Part shown: positions 9,521-14,970 of the stretch, in pieces
How positions within the stretch are numbered: the first letter of the stretch is position 1
Layout: the number at the start of each line of letters is the position of its first letter
Source of the DNA: Octopus sinensis
Lineage: Eukaryota
Direction of reading: 5' to 3'
DNA length: 14,970 nt
Assembly: GCF_006345805.1 (NCBI RefSeq)
Contig: NW_021825647.1
Span: forward strand, 1-14,970
Position numbers and translations under genes: made by a program
Notes under the pieces: generated by a model
Told to the model about the DNA's origin: nothing
Databases searched by the model: none
What the model saw: only the letters and a program-made list of their open reading frames with translations

Positions 9521-9969
9521 GGTAAGGTTTTTACAGTAATGACAAATGTCCAAGGTGTGTGATCCAGACAAAAGAGTGAATACAATGACTTAGGATATGG
9601 AGGCGGGGGTGCAAGTGTATGATAGCAACCAGAGATAGGAAATTGCAGGCAGTAACATAAAGAACAATGAGCACTACTGGTCGACTGTAGCAACCTATAC
9701 AGAAATGTTGATTGATGAGGATGGTGGGAAAGCAAATGGAAAGTAGGTAGGTCGTGCACCAGTGAGCAGCACAAAGGAATGTTGGTGAAACAATCAGAAT
9801 AGGAACAATAGCATCCTTAGTTACACTGAGAACCATGTAAGGCAAAGAGAAGGGAGTCACTGTCATCCTCAATCACACTAGAAACATTAGTAGGTAAGAT
9901 TCAGAAGTGAGAAACTGAGAGAGCTGAGCAATAGGGAGACTTGGGTGTGAGAAGAAGCAAGAGAAGCAT

Positions 9970-10008
<39 letters not shown>

Positions 10009-10240
10009 GAGAGAGAGAGAGATGATGATAGGGATGTGTGATGAGAAAGATGTGAAACAGAGAAGTGTGACTGACAGGGTGAGCAAGTGATAAAGATGTT
10101 AAGAGAGAGAGAGAGAGAGAGAGAGAAGATAAAGAAGTTAATGATGTAGACAAGCCGGCAGGCAGGCGCATACATACATACATGCATGCATACACACACA
10201 CATGTATGTGTGTGTGTGTGTGTGTGTAAACATACACACC
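9970..10240. repeat. Cluster of (TA)n, (GA)n, (CATA)n, (CA)n and (TG)n microsatellites
   Basis: Seen directly. Confidence 0.9.
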
Positions 10241-11917
10241 CTACAATGTATCATATATACTGTGCTGAAGTTTCTGTGTTTAGGCATATATTACATATAT
10301 TTTTTTTTCATGCTCCATTGTCATAGAAGTGTATACAACTTGTATAGAGTGTGTTTGAATGAGTGTTATACACACACAAATGAAAATGCATGTGAGTGTA
10401 TGCATAGCTGATATGCTTTAGAGATACTTGCATGATCTTAAAAGAGTGCATGTTGGTGTGGAATATAAAAAACTTAATGCTTGAAGGTGTTTGCAGTTTA
10501 AGAAATGGTTAGATGAAGCCAAACTCTGTTTGTAAACATAGTTATGCTCTTCAAACATTAAAGCTAGCGTGTTAAAGAAAAATTCAGTTACAGAGGTACA
10601 TTAAGACAAGAATCAAACTACAGGGTACTACAGTTATTAATATCTGTTAAGTGAAATGATTTCTTTTTTCCAAAACAAACTCATGAAAAGGAGCAAGTAT
10701 TCTAGACTCAAAATAATACCTATTGGGGATTGTCAATTTAAGATGATTTAGTGGATACAGTGTTGGCCTGGCCCTTCTGAAACCATGAGTTCAATTGTGC
10801 TATAGTCATTTCAATGTGTTTCTTGACAGACCACTCAATTCTACATTGCTCGATTTCAATTAGCCGTCAGAGACATGTAACAGATCCGAGAATGTCATTT
10901 GTAATGGATTAGCATAATAAATAGAACTAAGTAGTGGAGGAAGGAAGAGGGAACTTCTTTTTTTTTCAACATTTACAATACGTTGACGTCAGCAGGCACT
11001 GTACATCAGTTCTGAGACTCTGGAAAACACCTGTACATAGTTTTGTGCAGAATAGAGTTTTTGTGGATTAAGGAACCTAACACCATTAAACAATTATATG
11101 CAATCACACCTATACAATTTATGTAACTGCCACCATCTGTTCCATTAGACTTTGCTTAGAAAGAGAGGTCATTATCATTTATGCAAAATCCTACCTTAAG
11201 TCTCCAAAGAAAAGGAAAGACTTAGTATTCATTTCACAATTCTGGGGAGTTTCTTGAACTGAATATGTACATGATAAATGTTATGGTCATGGAATTCTGA
11301 TTTAAAAGGCAAATTGAAATCCTGCACAAGACACTGCAATATATTCTGAAATATCTTCAGAATTGAGCAATGCATAACACAAATAGAGACATTATGTACT
11401 GATTATATAAATATCAATATTTTTGTCTGTGAAGCTAAGTCAAATTTTTAGATGGGGAAGTATCCAAGAAAATATATAAACTGCTTTCCAACAAGAAAAG
11501 GGATATCTAGCTAAGACATAGAGCAAGGATATAAAACTATAGTTAAAAGTTAATGTAAATTTTTTCTTAATTTTTTTTTTTTTTTACAATATACAACTAA
11601 TATGATAATCTAAGACAAAAATCTAAATAATAAACTAGTTAAGCATGGGTTTAACTAAAATTGATATGAAACTAGGAATTAAGTACATGCTTACTAACAG
11701 CCGCAAATTAGATCTTAACTAAACTAAAACTAGGACATATATAATCTTAATTATATTTGTATTAGTGGAACTAGGATAAAACTGTAATTTAAGTGCAGTC
11801 ATTTTCATGCAGATATGAGTCTTTAGGTGTGTTGAGTGGTGTAGTAGGCAAAGAAAGCCATAAATAACTATCAGACAGCCAGATAAAATATTCTAGCTTA
11901 TCATGATAATAACTTAC

Positions 11918-11941
11918 CACATTTTCAGATTCTTCCTCAGA
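11918..11941 (-). CDS. Candidate 24-nt microexon (phase 0: SEEESENV) of an unidentified host gene
   Basis: Minus strand reads cctttaattttattttcag|TCTGAGGAAGAATCTGAAAATGTG|gtaagtt. The acceptor and donor are near-consensus, the exon is purine-rich (GAAGAA) within a T-rich flank, and the length is divisible by 3. It is open in phases 0 and 2. Confidence 0.6.
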
Positions 11942-12044
11942 CTGAAAATAAAATTAAAGGCTTTCAACAACTTTCAAAAATAAAATAAAATAAAAAACAC
12001 AGAATAATCAAGAGCCAGTTTCTCACTTTCTAGTAAACATGAAT

Positions 12045-12130
12045 GTGTGTGTGTGTAGAGTGACAGACAATATATACACATATATGTACATATATATATA
12101 TATATATATTTACACACACATATACATATA

Positions 12131-12183
<53 letters not shown>

Positions 12184-12368
12184 TTTACACACACATATAC
12201 ATATATGTACATATATATATATATATATATTTACACACACATATACATATATGTACATATGTATATATATATATATTTACACACACAATACATATATGTA
12301 ACTATGTATATATATATATTATATATAATATAATATATATTTTACAACACACATATACATATATGTAC

Positions 12369-12415
<47 letters not shown>

Positions 12416-12487
12416 CACACACATACCATATATGTATATATATATATATATATAATATATATATATATATTTACACACACATATACA

Positions 12488-12527
<40 letters not shown>

Positions 12528-12569
12528 TAGATATATTTTAACACACACATATACATATATGTACATATG

Positions 12570-12612
<43 letters not shown>

Positions 12613-12732
12613 CACACACATATACATATATGTACATATGTATGTATATATATATATATATATAATATATATATATAGATATATATATTTACACCACATA
12701 TACATATATGTACATATGTATATATAGATATA

Positions 12733-12778
<46 letters not shown>

Positions 12779-12779
12779 G
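12045..12779. repeat. Higher-order minisatellite: 10 copies of TTTACACACACATATACATATATGTA(CATA) separated by variable (TA)n
   Basis: Unit starts at about 12109, 12184, 12230, 12276, 12341, 12412, 12470, 12536, 12609 and 12688. Confidence 0.9.
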
Positions 12780-12871
12780 AATTTAAGTCCCAATATATGG
12801 GACTGGCAGTATCATCAAAGAAGCTCCTTAATGTATCATTCTACAAAACATAGAATATATATTTAATATTG

Positions 12872-13340
12872 ACAAAAGATTGGAACCTCTGGAGATATGC
12901 TGTGACTGAGAAGACCCGGCAAATAAAGTGAGTTCACAGCTGTAACCTACACCAGCATCGGATAACCAGCCCACTCCAAAGTACCTTGGATCATAGGGTG
13001 ACATGCAGTGCTTGACGACAACTATTGAGTCAAGTACATCAATATCAAAATCAAATCAAATTACAATCAAATGTAAATTGTAGTTGTGACCTCTGTTTCG
13101 GTGGCACAAAAAAAGCACCATCCAAACGTGGCCAATGCCAGCTCCTCTGGCCCTGGTGCTGGTGGCATGTAAAAAACACTCACTACAATCTTGGAGTAGT
13201 TGGCATTAGGAAGGGCATCCAGCTGTAGAAACCTTGCCAGATTAGATTGGGGCCTGGTGCAGCCTCCCGGCTTCCCAGATCCCAGTTGAACCATCCAACC
13301 CATGCCAGCATGGAAAAACAGACGTTAAATGATGATGACG

Positions 13341-13342
<2 letters not shown>
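12872..13342 (+). mobile_element. 5'-truncated RTE-clade LINE 3' end (last ORF codons, 3' UTR, GAT-repeat tail)
   Basis: TKDWNLWRYAVTEKTRQIK* (12872-12931) parallels the C-terminus of the minus-strand RTE at about 4170-4230. The UTR contains AGGAAGGGCATCC (13208-13220) and ends CATGGAAAAACAGACGTTAAATGATGATGACG. Confidence 0.85.

Positions 13343-13373
<31 letters not shown>
13340..13373. repeat. (TA)n microsatellite abutting the RTE tail
   Basis: Seen directly. Confidence 0.9.
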
Positions 13374-13374
<1 letters not shown>

Positions 13375-13734
13375 GCATGATAAAGAGAAAACAGTAGGGA
13401 GTGTATAAAGTCATAAATGACAATAAATAGTTTGATGAAATTTTATTTAATAAGAAGAAAATTCTAATATCACAGCAAACTGCTTCTTAACTTTAAAACT
13501 TGTAAATAATTTATATTACAAATAAATAACTTATGTCTGCATTAATGCAAAATGCAAAAAACTCCTTCAAAATGATGCAGAAGTTAAGATACATCCTCAG
13601 GTGAGGGAAAATCTTTCTTTCACCTGAGGGGAAGAAGTGACAGTGAAGTAGCATAGTACATCTGTGAAGATGTCACACCACTAACCCTGTTGTCACACCC
13701 AAACTCGGTCTGTGACACACACACACACACACAC

Positions 13735-14500
13735 AGTGCATTTAATGCAACATCATGTGGTAATATGCACACTGAATCACCCATTTGATGCTAAAAATCA
13801 TGATGGTAAATGTGAAGAAAGTCTTACAATGACAAAAGAAGTACTAACAAAACTGAATCAAGGACTTAATATACTTCTGATGGGTGACTTCAACAACCCC
13901 AGCATCAAATGAAATGCAAAGAAAGTAACCAAGCAGAATCTCCACTTGACCCCACAAAAATGTTGTTCATGGACCACAAACAATAACATATTAGACCTCT
14001 GCTTCACCAACAATGTAGGTCTTATCCACAATGTGAAGATAGCACCAACAATTTTCTCGGACCACAACATGGAAGAACTGACCAGTGTACGGTCCAAAAC
14101 CAATTAATGATATATTCCACACAGACGGTACCCAAACCCAGTTGAGTCTGAACTTCTACAAGGCTGACAGGAAATCAATTCAAAAATGGAATTAAAAACT
14201 ATAATAACATCTTAACTGAACAGCACTACATAATACCAAAGATACCACCTTCTTTATCTCAGATAAGGACCCAGTATGGCGACAGTTTCGGTTTCAAGGA
14301 ACCACAATTGTTTAACATCCTGCCAAGGAGCCTAAGAGATCTGCAAGGTGCAGATGTGGAAAGGTTCAAATCCCAGATGAGCCCTCATTACTGCAGGTCA
14401 CAGCTTCATCCAACTTGCTTGTTCACCAAAACAAATACTGAAAGGAAACCCAAAAACACTGAAAGGTATGGCCCCAGCCCCTGGCTGAAACCACTAAGGG
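13735..14500 (+). mobile_element. Internally deleted CR1/L2-group LINE: APE endonuclease fragment joined to the ORF2 C-terminus and 3' end
   Basis: The EN portion reads VVICTLNHPFD...EVLTKLNQGLNILLMGDFNNPSIK*, then NNILDLCFTNNVGLIHNVKIAPTIFSDHNMEEL (GDFN, LDL and SDH catalytic-region motifs), then SLNFYKAD. Within ~60 nt it switches to the C-terminal IRTQYGDSFGFKEPQLFNILPRSLRDLQGADVERFKS and PDEP. No RT motifs lie in between. Confidence 0.8.
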
Positions 14501-14535
14501 AATACAAGAAAAGAAAATCTACAAATACATACAAC

Positions 14536-14536
<1 letters not shown>

Positions 14537-14568
<32 letters not shown>

Positions 14569-14602
14569 TGCATATATATAAATATATATACATATATATA
14601 TA
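14537..14602. repeat. (TA)/(CA) microsatellite
   Basis: Seen directly. Confidence 0.9.
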
Positions 14603-14865
14603 GGGAAAGTTTACGAAAAAAACAAAAGGCAAAGACAGGTAGTGTACAAAACAAACAGATGTATTAGTATAACGCTCAGGTATAGAAAAAGTCTTTTACA
14701 TTTCGAGCCTACGCTCTTCTACAGAAAGGTACACAGAAAAAAACAAGGAGAGAAACAAGGCGAGAAAAAAAAAAATGTGTGTAGTGGCTAACAATCTATC
14801 ATGGCGACTAGTGCCGGACAGAGAGGTCGAACAGGAGAGGGAAAGTAGGGGAGGTAACAAGGTAA
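14602..14865 (-). mobile_element. Second Penelope-like terminal-repeat fragment
   Basis: Co-linear with 6952-7215, sharing GGCAAAGACAGGT, TGTATTAGT.TAA.GCTCAG, AAAAGTCTTTTA, GAGCCTA.GCTCTTC, GAAAGG, CATGGC, GTCGAA and GGGAGGTAA. Confidence 0.8.
14693..14728 (-). ncRNA. Minimal type I hammerhead-ribozyme-like motif with a variant core
   Basis: Minus strand reads CUUU (helix I) - CUGUAGA - A - GAGC/GUAG/GCUC (helix II) - GAA - AUGU (very short helix III) - A (H17; predicted cleavage 3' of 14697) - AAAG (helix I). Confidence 0.6.
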
Positions 14866-14970
14866 AGATGACCCCCAACACAAACACATATATATAAATA
14901 ATATACTTATATAAATAATACATATTAACTGTAAAACCCATGTAATTTTATGCACTTTTTTTTGCATAAA

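Noticed and set aside
11343-11363. Inverted repeat ATTCTGAA-N5-TTCAGAAT as a heat-shock or STAT element
   Set aside because: TTC-GAA spacing is 1 nt, matching neither HSE (2 nt) nor GAS (3 nt). Short IRs are expected by chance in AT-rich DNA.
11691-11700. TACTAACAG branch-point/acceptor-like motif on the plus strand
   Set aside because: There is no pyrimidine tract and no downstream exon or donor, and it is on the strand opposite the inferred host gene.
12109-12725. CRISPR-like repeat-spacer appearance
   Set aside because: The spacers are just (TA)n rather than unique sequences, there are no cas genes, and the context is eukaryotic.
11974-12764. Multiple YIYI/CVCV ORFs
   Set aside because: Produced by TA/CA repeats that lack stop codons in some frames.
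12786-12804. 7-bp hairpin AGTCCCA-ATATA-TGGGACT
   Set aside because: Short and isolated, with no supporting context.
13595-13629. Hairpin as a pre-miRNA or Helitron 3' terminator
   Set aside because: At 35 nt it is too short for a pre-miRNA, and there is no CTRR terminus at the expected distance on either strand.

Overview
This is AT-rich, microsatellite-dense eukaryotic DNA, not prokaryotic. The repeat families resemble those of coleoid cephalopods such as Octopus; that assignment is inferred from repeat sequence and was not verified by a search. Most supplied ORFs are artefacts of simple repeats. The window is largely decayed transposable elements: two maT/DD37D-like Tc1-mariner transposase relics (137-703 minus; 8681-9149 plus), a ~2.5 kb RTE-clade LINE (3591-6075 minus) plus two further RTE 3' ends, a tRNA-headed SINE sharing the RTE 3' module, an internally deleted CR1-group LINE, and two Penelope-like element (PLE) remnants, one with a GIY-YIG endonuclease. 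The best leads are (i) a minimal type I hammerhead-ribozyme fold in both PLE terminal repeats, with a shared non-canonical core (CUGUNGA plus an extra A), and (ii) strongly signalled frame-preserving microexon candidates on the minus strand (24 nt at 11918-11941; 6 nt at 9161-9166). The microexons suggest the window lies inside a long-intron host gene that cannot be identified from this sequence alone.
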